Positions 15,689-23,786 of a stretch of 24,000 bases of DNA are shown here, piece by piece. Under the pieces are notes generated by a model. That model was not told where the DNA came from. It worked only from the letters and a program-made list of their open reading frames with translations, and did not search any database. The DNA lies in the NCBI GenBank assembly GCA_020833415.1, contig JAJHQJ010000008.1:15991-39990 (forward strand), in the 5' to 3' direction. The DNA is from Desulfurococcaceae archaeon (GTDB taxonomy: Archaea; Thermoproteota; Thermoprotei_A; Sulfolobales; NBVN01). Position 1 is the first letter of the stretch. Every line of letters starts with the position of its first letter. The translations under genes and the position numbers were made by a program.

Positions 15689-16519
15689 CTAGGACCGTAA
15701 GCCCTGCTCCTTGGACTGTGGAGGGGTTATCAGGTACTTGCTGAGGGCTACCCTAACGTCCTCCGGTATCTCGTGACTTGATGTTATAGCCGTATCCGTA
15801 CACACAGCTACGTGGACTACGTCTGCGGATACCCTACCGGTAGCCGTGTTCTCCACCACGCACCTGTACTTAATGTGCTTCCTACCTATCTCCTCGACCC
15901 ATACGTAGACCCTCAGGGCGTTGTCCATCCTAGCCGGTGACTTGATCTTGGCTGAGACCTCTACGGTAGGTATGAATACCCCGTACTCGTGGATTAACCT
16001 GGTGTAGCTGAGCCCGACCTCCCTGAGGAGGGCCATGAAGGCCCTCTCGCACACCCTCATGTAGTTGGTGTAGTGCATGACCTGGAGGTAGTCTGTCTCG
16101 GCTAGCTGAACGGTGTACTCCATGGTGAAGGCACCGTCGGGTACCTCGGGGGGTCTGCCCCCGCTACCCACCTCCGGGACCCCACTGCCTTCGTCGATCG
16201 ACCTGAGAACCTCGTCAGCGGGTACCCCGAGCTCCGTAGCTAGCTTAACTAGGTCCTCCCTAGCTCTAGAGGAGGCCTCCTCCTCCGGTACACCGTTGAA
16301 TACGTAGTGGTACTTCATTAGGTCGTAGTAGACCGATAGGTTCCTGAGCACGTCCTCCCTATCGACCTTCTCGAGTACTACGCCGGCGTGGACTAGGACT
16401 ACGTCACCCGGGTTAAGCCCCTCCATAGCTACGAGGGCCTTGATTACCGCCCCCCCAACCTCGACCTCGGCCTCCAGACCGCTTACGCTAACCACCTTAC
16501 CCAGTACGCCCCAGCACAC
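15689..16519 (-). CDS. hypC: HypC/HupF-like hydrogenase maturation chaperone fused to a 4HBT/YbgC-type hotdog acyl-CoA thioesterase domain
   Basis: N-terminus MCWGVLGKVVSV...GDVVLVHAGVVLEKVD carries the HypC signature with the essential Cys2 (about nt 16519-16310). A ~60-aa linker follows. C-terminus FTMEYTVQLAETDYLQVMHYTNYMRVCERAF...IKSPARMDNALRVYVWVEEIGRKHIKYRCVV is a 4-hydroxybenzoyl-CoA thioesterase-type hotdog domain with the ETD catalytic region (about 16129-15734). There is no stop between the domains. Confidence 0.75.
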   Translation of the reverse strand: MCWGVLGKVVSVSGLEAEVEVGGAVIKALVAMEGLNPGDVVLVHAGVVLEKVDREDVLRNLSVYYDLMKYHYVFNGVPEEEASSRAREDLVKLATELGVPADEVLRSIDEGSGVPEVGSGGRPPEVPDGAFTMEYTVQLAETDYLQVMHYTNYMRVCERAFMALLREVGLSYTRLIHEYGVFIPTVEVSAKIKSPARMDNALRVYVWVEEIGRKHIKYRCVVENTATGRVSADVVHVAVCTDTAITSSHEIPEDVRVALSKYLITPPQSKEQGLRS

Positions 16520-16577
16520 CCTACGACTCCACGCGATCTACTCCAAAGCAGAAATATACCGTACAGCGGTACCGCCC

Positions 16578-17048
16578 CTACCTGAGGTAGGGGTTGAGTA
16601 GGTACGCAGCTATGGAGGCTATCGAGAGGGCTAGGGCTGTGCTGTTGGCTACGGAGTAGAGGTGCCCCCTAAGCTTTAGGAGGCGCACCCTCCTGTAGCT
16701 ACCGCCGTCCCTTACGTAGATCCCGCCGCTCAGTAGGTCTAGCGCTAGGTGGGTTAGGAAGCTAACCCCGGATGCTACTAGGGTAGCTAAGGTCAGCTCT
16801 AAGTCGTACAGGTAGAGGGAGCTCAGGGCTAGGGCTACGGCGAATGAGATTGCCGAGGCGTTGAGCGGTTCGTGGGTTAGGGGGGACCTCCTACCGCCGC
16901 TGTGACCTAGGTAATCCAGGAGCCAGTTAATACATAGGGAGGTTACGTAGGCTACCCCGAGGACCTCAGTACCGCCCCTACGCAAAGCTAACCCGGAGAT
17001 CCACGCAGCGGTAGCCGTAGACGTGAGTACGTGTACCAACCTCCTCAA
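16578..17048 (-). CDS. membrane protein, possibly DUF457/YdjM-like membrane-bound metal-dependent hydrolase
   Basis: 156 aa with about 4 TM. His-containing motifs (LDYLGHSGGRRSPLTHEP, LTHLALDLL) resemble the YdjM family. The assignment is tentative. Confidence 0.4.
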   Translation of the reverse strand: MRRLVHVLTSTATAAWISGLALRRGGTEVLGVAYVTSLCINWLLDYLGHSGGRRSPLTHEPLNASAISFAVALALSSLYLYDLELTLATLVASGVSFLTHLALDLLSGGIYVRDGGSYRRVRLLKLRGHLYSVANSTALALSIASIAAYLLNPYLR

Positions 17049-17185
17049 TATACTTTCACAGAACTCTCCAGGTATCTGAGTTTATAAGATTACATACGTA
17101 GAGAGCGAGTCCCGGAACTCACCTTCAGCTAACCTAGGTAACAGTTGTACCCCCACCTTAGAGCCCGTAGCTCGGGGCCGGCCGG

Positions 17186-18328
17186 TCAGGTAGTTGAAAG
17201 TAACCAGGTACCTAGGGCCTGGTAGACCCCGAGAACTACCATAGCTACACCCGCCGCACCCTCCACGATGGCTGCACCCCGGGCCACCCTCTCCACTACG
17301 CTGAGCAGCCTCCTGGAGGCTATGGAGAGCACTAGGTACGGGGAGATGAATGAAAGTATGTACACTGCTAGTAGGGTAGTAGTTACGTAACCCTCGGATG
17401 CTGTGTAGAGTAGTACGTAGTAGCCTGAGCTACAGGGGACAGCACTCAGGGAGGCCAGTAGCCCCAGCCCCAGGGTTAGCACACCGCCGAGCCCGGCCAG
17501 GGGGTTAGCACCCAGTACCGGGACCTCTCTACACGCCCTACCACCCACTAGACAGCCGATCGCCCCCCTCGAGTGGAGTACCATGTAGACCCCGAGGGCT
17601 ATCATCAGTACCCAGCTGAGGTGCCTCAGGTATGCCATAGCCCTCGAGAGCCCGAGTACTACAGCTAGGTAGCCCAGGCCTAGGCCAGCTACGAATACTA
17701 GTAACCTCCGGGTGGAGGCTCCGAGCTCGGAGGCCGTGTACGATAGGAGTAGGGCTGTGTAGAGGTAGAGTACGCAGGGACTGAGGGAGGACGCCAGGCC
17801 CAGGGCTACGGCCGACGCTAGTAGCCCTAAGGTGTTGGGCCGGCTCCTAGGCGTCGGTACGCAGGTTGGGGTGTAGCTACAGCCTAGGGTAGACCTCCAG
17901 AAGGTGTCGTTCCTATAGGTACCTACAGATACCACTACGGGTCTACCACCGCATACCACTAGGACTACCGGGACCTCCTTAAGGTACTCCTCACCTACGT
18001 AACCCGAGAGTACCCTGATCAGCTCCCCGAAGAGGTCCCTATCCACGGTTACATCTACGTAAGCTAGCTCAGCTATAGCTAGGCCGCTGAGGTACCTCTC
18101 CATCTCAGCACAGTCGAGGCACCCCCTAATCCCGAAGAAGTAGACCGTGTAGCTCCCCACAGTCCTAGCTAAGGTGTTGACGTAGTCCTCCAACCCCTCG
18201 GCACAGCCTACGACCACCCCCCTGTAGAGTACGGGAACACCTGAGGAGCTGTAGAGCTGTGTAGCGGATGTAGCTAGGAGTAGGAGTACTGCCAGGGTGT
18301 AGAGTACCACTGGTCTCTCATGCCTCAT
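17186..18328 (-). CDS. thioredoxin-like domain fused to a CcdA/DsbD-type thiol:disulfide electron-transfer membrane domain
   Basis: Signal/TM, then a Trx-like domain with a CxxC (RGCLDCAEMERYL). Then about 6 TM with the two CcdA-type membrane cysteines (SLSPCVLYLY and SAVPCSSGYY). The ATG overlaps the upstream stop (ATGA). Confidence 0.7.
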   Translation of the reverse strand: MRHERPVVLYTLAVLLLLATSATQLYSSSGVPVLYRGVVVGCAEGLEDYVNTLARTVGSYTVYFFGIRGCLDCAEMERYLSGLAIAELAYVDVTVDRDLFGELIRVLSGYVGEEYLKEVPVVLVVCGGRPVVVSVGTYRNDTFWRSTLGCSYTPTCVPTPRSRPNTLGLLASAVALGLASSLSPCVLYLYTALLLSYTASELGASTRRLLVFVAGLGLGYLAVVLGLSRAMAYLRHLSWVLMIALGVYMVLHSRGAIGCLVGGRACREVPVLGANPLAGLGGVLTLGLGLLASLSAVPCSSGYYVLLYTASEGYVTTTLLAVYILSFISPYLVLSIASRRLLSVVERVARGAAIVEGAAGVAMVVLGVYQALGTWLLSTT

Positions 18329-19008
18329 CTACTACGCCTCACCAGGGAGTAGGCTATTAAGGCTACACCGGCTAGTACTAGAGCTAGGGCAACCAGGACC
18401 CGGGGCTCTAGCTGGAGCCCACTAGGCTGGGGCTTAACCTCGGTCGTAGCCGTAGGTGGGTGTAGGGGTGAGGTAGTTAGGGGGGTTCCGGTAGCTGTTG
18501 CAGCCGTAGGTAGCCGCACATAGCTGGATACCAGCTTAGCCTGCTCATCGTACGTTAGGGCTACCTCGTAGACCCTATCCCTACCTAGCATCACGGGCAC
18601 CCTCTCGCTAGGTACCTGACCGGCTAGACTCCTCCAGAAGTCCGTGTCGGTTACGGCACCGACCACCACGGCAGCTACGTACTTACCTCTAACTACCACC
18701 AGGGTTAGGGGTATGTAACCGATTACGTCACTCGGAGCCCCCTTAGATGCTAGGTAGCTACTTAGGGATCTGAGAGCATTATTACATCCCTCATCCAGGT
18801 CTATCTTGCAGAAGTAGCTGTTGTCGGGGAAGTTCCTGGAGAAGAAGTCGCTTAGGGCTCTGCAGTAGGGGCACCACGTAGCTCCGTATAGGTATAGGAG
18901 GAAATCGCTAGAACCTAGCGCCACGTGGGGGTAGGTGGCTACAGCTAGAACAGCTATCACTATGTAGAGGTGTAGCCTACCCGTACCCCTCCCCCGATGT
19001 AGTAACAA
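18325..19008 (-). CDS. membrane-anchored extracytoplasmic thioredoxin/glutaredoxin-like protein (CPYC)
   Basis: N-terminal hydrophobic signal-like segment. LYLYGATWCPYCRALSDFF active-site motif. Thr/Pro-rich linker and C-terminal TM anchor VLVALALVLAGVALIAYSLV. The TTG at 19008 sits inside the T-run/TATA region, so the in-frame GTG at 18960 is a plausible alternative start. Confidence 0.65.
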   Translation of the reverse strand: MLLHRGRGTGRLHLYIVIAVLAVATYPHVALGSSDFLLYLYGATWCPYCRALSDFFSRNFPDNSYFCKIDLDEGCNNALRSLSSYLASKGAPSDVIGYIPLTLVVVRGKYVAAVVVGAVTDTDFWRSLAGQVPSERVPVMLGRDRVYEVALTYDEQAKLVSSYVRLPTAATATGTPLTTSPLHPPTATTEVKPQPSGLQLEPRVLVALALVLAGVALIAYSLVRRSR

Positions 19009-19044
19009 AAAGTATATTAAAGCTTGTGCGGTACCCCGCGGTCG

Positions 19045-19575
19045 TTACCTACTTAGGAAGTACCTGAAGGCCCTTATGTTTACGTCGACCCAGTCCTTGG
19101 GCACCGTCTCCCTTATTACCTCCTCAACACCCTCCGGAGGTACTAGGGAGGTCTGCCTCACTAGGTGCCCCAGGGCGACCATGTTAGCGACCCTAGGTGT
19201 ACCGAACTCCCTCTCAGCTATGTCGGTGTACGGCTCTAGGAACACCCTCCACTTCCTCTGGGGTACGCTCGTAACGTTGGACCTATCTAGGAACACCACG
19301 GCACCGTCCTTAATTAGGTGGCTGTAGGCGTCGAGCTGTAGCTGGTGCATTACTATAGCTATATCGGCACCCATGACCTTTATGAAGTCCGCCTCCTCCT
19401 CCCTATCGGCTATGACTAGGTCTACCCTCGAGTCCCCTCCCCTAGTCTCCGCAGCGTAGATCTCGCTACCCAGTATGTAGAGGTTCGTGTACTTAGCTAC
19501 AGCCCTCCCGAGTATGTGGCCTAGTAGCAGTATCCCCTGCCCTCCCCTACCCGCTATGAGTACCTCGATCCTCAA
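19045..19575 (-). CDS. korG: 2-oxoacid:ferredoxin oxidoreductase, gamma subunit
   Basis: IAGRGGQGILLLG motif, 176 aa, last gene of a delta-alpha-beta-gamma operon. 2-Oxoglutarate specificity is inferred only from gene order and subunit sizes. Confidence 0.8.
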   Translation of the reverse strand: MRIEVLIAGRGGQGILLLGHILGRAVAKYTNLYILGSEIYAAETRGGDSRVDLVIADREEEADFIKVMGADIAIVMHQLQLDAYSHLIKDGAVVFLDRSNVTSVPQRKWRVFLEPYTDIAEREFGTPRVANMVALGHLVRQTSLVPPEGVEEVIRETVPKDWVDVNIRAFRYFLSR

Positions 19576-20414
19576 CCCGCACCACCCCTAGCCCTCGAGG
19601 TGTACTCCTGCAGTACCTCTATAAAGCCTGGCTCATCCCTATCTACGAACTCCCCTATTACGAAGCCCCTCTCCCAGCTGTAGTCACTCTCCTCCACCGA
19701 GGGTCTGGTCTTCACCACAACCCTCTTCCTAAGCTCGCTGTAGAGGTCTACTGGGCTCCTGAACCCTATGTGCCTACCGAAGAGCTCCGGACACGTCGAG
19801 AGTACCTCGACGAAGGCCAGGCCCCTCTTGCCGAGCGCCTTGTAGATCATCTGCTCGAGTAGTGGTGTGTGGGTTACCGAGCCGCGGGCGACGTAGTTAG
19901 CCCCCAGGGCTGCGGCCAGCTTAACTATGTTGATCTCCCTCTCCGGGTTACCGTAGGGTGTTGTAGTTGTGTAGAGGCCCCTGGGGGTCGTAGGTGCCTG
20001 CTGACCCCCGGTCATGCCGTAGATCATGTTGTTAGCCATTATCACCACGAGGTCGGCGTTCCTCCTGATCGCGTGTAGTATGTGGTTACCGCCTATCGCA
20101 GCTATATCCCCATCCCCTCCAACCACTATCATCTTCATCTCCGGCTTCACTATCTTAACCCCCAGCGCGAATGGTATGGCCCTACCGTGGATTACGTGGG
20201 CTGAGTCGAAGTAGGGGTACAGCGTCATCCTAGCCGAGCACCCTATACCCCCGGCAAAGCCCACGTTCTCCCTCCTCAGGCTACCCTCCCTAATCCTCCT
20301 GTCCAAGGCCCTCAGTATGCAGCCCAGCAGTATCCCGAGCCCGCAGCCCGGGCACCACATCGTCGGTAGCCTATCGGTCCTCAGGTACCTGTCTAGTGGG
20401 TGGGCTACAGCCAC
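19572..20414 (-). CDS. korB: 2-oxoacid:ferredoxin oxidoreductase, beta (TPP-binding) subunit
   Basis: WCPGCGLGI, GGIGCS and VVGGDGD TPP/Fe-S motifs. 280 aa. Overlapping start/stop with its neighbours. Confidence 0.9.
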   Translation of the reverse strand: MAVAHPLDRYLRTDRLPTMWCPGCGLGILLGCILRALDRRIREGSLRRENVGFAGGIGCSARMTLYPYFDSAHVIHGRAIPFALGVKIVKPEMKMIVVGGDGDIAAIGGNHILHAIRRNADLVVIMANNMIYGMTGGQQAPTTPRGLYTTTTPYGNPEREINIVKLAAALGANYVARGSVTHTPLLEQMIYKALGKRGLAFVEVLSTCPELFGRHIGFRSPVDLYSELRKRVVVKTRPSVEESDYSWERGFVIGEFVDRDEPGFIEVLQEYTSRARGGAG

Positions 20415-21529
20415 TGCTTCACCACCTCAACAACCTCCCTGGGTTGGGGTAGGTCTAGGTCTATTATGGGTACGCTGACCACCTCGCTACCCCTTAGAAC
20501 TCCGCGCAACTCCCTGTAGTAGAGCCCGACGTTGTTCTCGACTACGAACACCTTCCCAACCCCGTTGAGCAGCCTCCTAATACCCTCCTCGTAGACGGGG
20601 AACAGGGTCCTCAACCTGATCGAGCAGGCCCTGTAGCCCTCGCTCCTCAGGATCTTAGCGGCCACCAGAGTCGATAGGGATGTCGAGCCGTAGGATACTA
20701 GAGCCACGTCGCAACCGTCTAGGTAGGCCGCGCCGTAGTCGAAGAGCTCCGGAGCGCTCTCAACGATCTTCCTGTAGAGCCTCCACATAAGCCTACGCTG
20801 GACATCCGACCTGGGGGCGTAGTACCCCCTCTCGTCGTGGGTTAGGGACTCGACCAACACGTTGTATCCCTCGCCGAAGCAGGCCATCGGTGGGACGAGA
20901 CCCTCACCAGGGTCGTAGGGTCTGTACTTCTCCGGGGGTACCGAGGGCTTGGCCCTCTCAACTACCTCAACCTCACCCGGCTCCCTAACGACTACCCTAC
21001 CGTAGGTGTGGGCTATGGTGGCGTCGGACAGCAGTACCACCGGAGTTCTGAGCTTCTCAGATACGTTGAAGGCCCTGACGGTTAGGTCGAAGGCCTCCTG
21101 AGGTGTTGCCGGAGCTAGTACGGGTACTACCAACCCACCGTGGAAGCCGTAGGTAGCCTGGAGGACGTCGTACTGACCGGACCTCGTTGGGACACCGGTC
21201 GAGGGGCCGGTCCTCATTACGTAGACTACGACCACCGGGGTCTCGGTTATCACAGCCAGGCTCAGGGCCTCGACCATGAGTGAGAAGCCCGGCCCGCTGG
21301 TAGCCGTCATAGACTTAGCGCAGGCCCACGAAGCCCCTATGGCGGCGTTTATGGAGGCTATCTCATCCTCGAACTGGACTACGTAGCCACCCCTCTTCGG
21401 TAGCTCCCTAGCTAGGAACTCGAAGATATCCGAGGTAGGTGTTATGGGGTAGCCGGCGTAGAACCTAAGACCGGCAGCTATAGAGCCCAGGGCTATAGCC
21501 GTGTTACCGGTTACGTAGTCTACCCTCAC
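20405..21529 (-). CDS. korA: 2-oxoacid:ferredoxin oxidoreductase, alpha subunit
   Basis: GNTAIALGSIAAGLRFYAGYPITPTS N-terminus is typical of OFOR alpha subunits. 374 aa. Confidence 0.9.
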   Translation of the reverse strand: MRVDYVTGNTAIALGSIAAGLRFYAGYPITPTSDIFEFLARELPKRGGYVVQFEDEIASINAAIGASWACAKSMTATSGPGFSLMVEALSLAVITETPVVVVYVMRTGPSTGVPTRSGQYDVLQATYGFHGGLVVPVLAPATPQEAFDLTVRAFNVSEKLRTPVVLLSDATIAHTYGRVVVREPGEVEVVERAKPSVPPEKYRPYDPGEGLVPPMACFGEGYNVLVESLTHDERGYYAPRSDVQRRLMWRLYRKIVESAPELFDYGAAYLDGCDVALVSYGSTSLSTLVAAKILRSEGYRACSIRLRTLFPVYEEGIRRLLNGVGKVFVVENNVGLYYRELRGVLRGSEVVSVPIIDLDLPQPREVVEVVKQWL

Positions 21530-21777
21530 CCCCCACCCACCTCTATGAAGATAGCGAAGTCGGGGCAGCTGTACTCACACATCCTACAGCCGATGCACTT
21601 CTCCGGCCTCACCGGGACCGCGAACCTGTATCCACGGCTATTCCTCTCACTACCCTTATCCAGGACCTTAGTAGGGCAGACAAACACGCAGAGACCGCAC
21701 TCCTTACACCTCTCCTTAACTACGTTGATGAAGTACTTACCAGTGGGGACCCTTAGGACCGCGGTTGCGGAGCCCAT
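21526..21777 (-). CDS. korD: 2-oxoacid:ferredoxin oxidoreductase, delta subunit (2x[4Fe-4S] ferredoxin-like)
   Basis: Two CxxCxxCxxxCP motifs (CKECGLCVFVCP, CIGCRMCEYSCP). 83 aa. The ATG lies 24 nt from the centre of the TATA at 21798-21804. Confidence 0.85.
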   Translation of the reverse strand: MGSATAVLRVPTGKYFINVVKERCKECGLCVFVCPTKVLDKGSERNSRGYRFAVPVRPEKCIGCRMCEYSCPDFAIFIEVGGG

Positions 21778-21797
21778 CGCCGATACCTTGGTTCCGG

Positions 21798-21804
21798 AAA
21801 TATA
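21798..21804 (-). promoter_or_regulatory. TATA box of the kor operon (leaderless geometry)
   Basis: Minus-strand tatattt is centred about 24 nt upstream of the korD ATG (21777). Confidence 0.45.
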
Positions 21805-21911
21805 GTTAGGGGTAGCAATTAAAAAGTGGCTCTACTTATACTTAAAGGCACTTAAATTGGGCTCCGTAGGTGTTAGGTAGGAAAGCCCCGCTCTCTAGAA
21901 CTTTAACTCCG

Positions 21912-21918
21912 TTTATAT
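21912..21918 (+). promoter_or_regulatory. TATA box of iscS (leaderless geometry)
   Basis: tttatat is centred about 24 nt upstream of the TTG start at 21939. Confidence 0.45.
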
Positions 21919-21938
21919 CCAAGCTCCAGTAACTGTAG

Positions 21939-23177
21939 TTGGGGCCTGGGGTGTCGGTTAGGGAGCTACTGGAGCTCCACGGTAGACCACCTAGGGAGGT
22001 GTACTTCGACCTAGAGAACTCCGGGTACGTACCTCCTGAGGTTGTTAACGAGATGCTACCCTACTTCAACTCCGTAGGCTACGGCCACCCGTCTATAACC
22101 CACAAACCCGGCTGGGAGGCCTACGAGGCTATCTACAGGACTAAGGAGCTCCTCAGGCAGGTCCTCGGGGCTGGGGGTATTGAGGAGTTTGCGTTCACCC
22201 ACAGCGGTACCGAGGCTAACAACCTAGCCGTACTCGGGCTGGCCCTAGCTAGGAGGGGTACTCGAGGGAAGATAGTTGTATCAGCTATAGAGCATCTGAG
22301 CGTTATCCACCCAGCTGAGGCTGCGGAGTCCCTCCTCGGCTTTAAGGTAGTTAGGGTTCCCGTAGATAGCGAGGGCTTCGTACTACCCGAGGTACTCCAG
22401 GAGTTTGTGGATAGGAGTACGGTACTGGTCAGCATACAGTTCGTAAACCACGAGATAGGTACCGTACAGAACATCGAGGAGCTCTCGAAGGTGGTTAAGG
22501 AGGTCAACCCGGAGGTGGTCTTCCACACGGACGCCGCCGACGCCTTCGGTAGGCTTAGGATCGACCTAGGTAGGCTTAGGAACGTGGATATGCTTACCCT
22601 AAGTAGCCACAAGATCCACGGACCTAGGGGCGTGGGGGTTCTCTACGTTAGGGAGGGTATTAGGCTGGAGCCTATCCTAAGGGGTCAGCTAAGTGCGGAG
22701 AGGCTGTGGCCCGGGGTCGAGAACGTACCCCTCATAGTTGGGTTCAGGAAAGCTGTGGAGCTAGCCTTCTCGGACTTCGAGGGCAACGTATCTAGGATGA
22801 GGTCCCTGAGGGATAGGCTGGTGGACGGCATACTCAGTAGGGTCCCGGATGTACTGGTGAACGGACCTAGGGACCCAGCTAGGAGGGCTCCGGATAACGC
22901 TAACCTCAGCTTTCTATACGTAGAGGGGGAGGCCCTAACCGTGGAGTTGAGTATGAGGGGCGTCTACGTATCTAGCGGCAGCGCCTGCACATCCAGGATC
23001 CTAGAGCCTAGCCACGTACTCCTAGCTATAGGTAGGAAGCACGAGGAGGCCCACGGGAGTATACTCTTCAAGACCTCGAGGTACCACACCGAGGAGGATA
23101 TAGACTACGCTGTAGAGACCGTAACCGGGGCCGCCGAGAGGCTTAGGAAGCTCAGCCCCCTTAGGAGGGACCGCTAA
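21939..23177 (+). CDS. iscS: cysteine desulfurase (class V aminotransferase, IscS/NifS type)
   Basis: PLP-lysine motif LSSHKIHGPRGVG and catalytic-loop motif SSGSACTS. 412 aa. TTG start (GTG at 21951 is an alternative). Confidence 0.9.
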   Translation: MGPGVSVRELLELHGRPPREVYFDLENSGYVPPEVVNEMLPYFNSVGYGHPSITHKPGWEAYEAIYRTKELLRQVLGAGGIEEFAFTHSGTEANNLAVLGLALARRGTRGKIVVSAIEHLSVIHPAEAAESLLGFKVVRVPVDSEGFVLPEVLQEFVDRSTVLVSIQFVNHEIGTVQNIEELSKVVKEVNPEVVFHTDAADAFGRLRIDLGRLRNVDMLTLSSHKIHGPRGVGVLYVREGIRLEPILRGQLSAERLWPGVENVPLIVGFRKAVELAFSDFEGNVSRMRSLRDRLVDGILSRVPDVLVNGPRDPARRAPDNANLSFLYVEGEALTVELSMRGVYVSSGSACTSRILEPSHVLLAIGRKHEEAHGSILFKTSRYHTEEDIDYAVETVTGAAERLRKLSPLRRDR

Positions 23178-23240
23178 CCAGTACATTAACTCAGTTAAAG
23201 TCTTATTTAGTCGCTCCGAGTAGTAGTACTGGGTGGGGGC

Positions 23241-23786
23241 GTGAGTACGCGGATACCACTACCATACACAGCTAAGGTCCTGGAGCTATTCAGGAACCCG
23301 AAGAACGCCGGACCCATGGAGGATGCGGACGTGGTCGAGACCGCGGGTAGCCCTGCATGTGGGGATATGATAAGGCTCTACCTAAAGGTATCGAGGAGGA
23401 GTGGGGAGGACGTGGTGGAGAGGGCCACCTTCGAGAGCTACGGCTGTGCGGCTAACATAGCCGCAGCAAGTATACTGACGGAGATGGTCACCGGTAAGAG
23501 CCTTAGGGAGGCCTGGGCCATCTCCTGGAAGGACATAGCCGACGAGCTGGGGGGTTTACCCCCGATAAAGTACCACTGCAGTATACTGGCCGTCGGAGCC
23601 CTTAAGAGGGCTATAAGGTCCTACTACGCTAAGCTAGGTCGCGAGCCCGACTGGCTCCCCAAGGACCTCACTATAGAGGAGAGGCAGACCCTGGAGGAGG
23701 AGAGGATGCTGGAGAGGCTCTACTCGGGGTACTCCATAAGGATAACCATACCTAGAGGTGGGGGTGGTGAGGGTACTAGACCTTAG
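23241..23786 (+). CDS. iscU: IscU/NifU-like Fe-S cluster scaffold with ~50-aa C-terminal extension
   Basis: Three scaffold cysteines in GSPACGDMIRL, FESYGCAANIAA and KYHCSILAVGAL. 181 aa. A typical IscU core is about 125-130 aa. Confidence 0.85.
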   Translation: MSTRIPLPYTAKVLELFRNPKNAGPMEDADVVETAGSPACGDMIRLYLKVSRRSGEDVVERATFESYGCAANIAAASILTEMVTGKSLREAWAISWKDIADELGGLPPIKYHCSILAVGALKRAIRSYYAKLGREPDWLPKDLTIEERQTLEEERMLERLYSGYSIRITIPRGGGGEGTRP

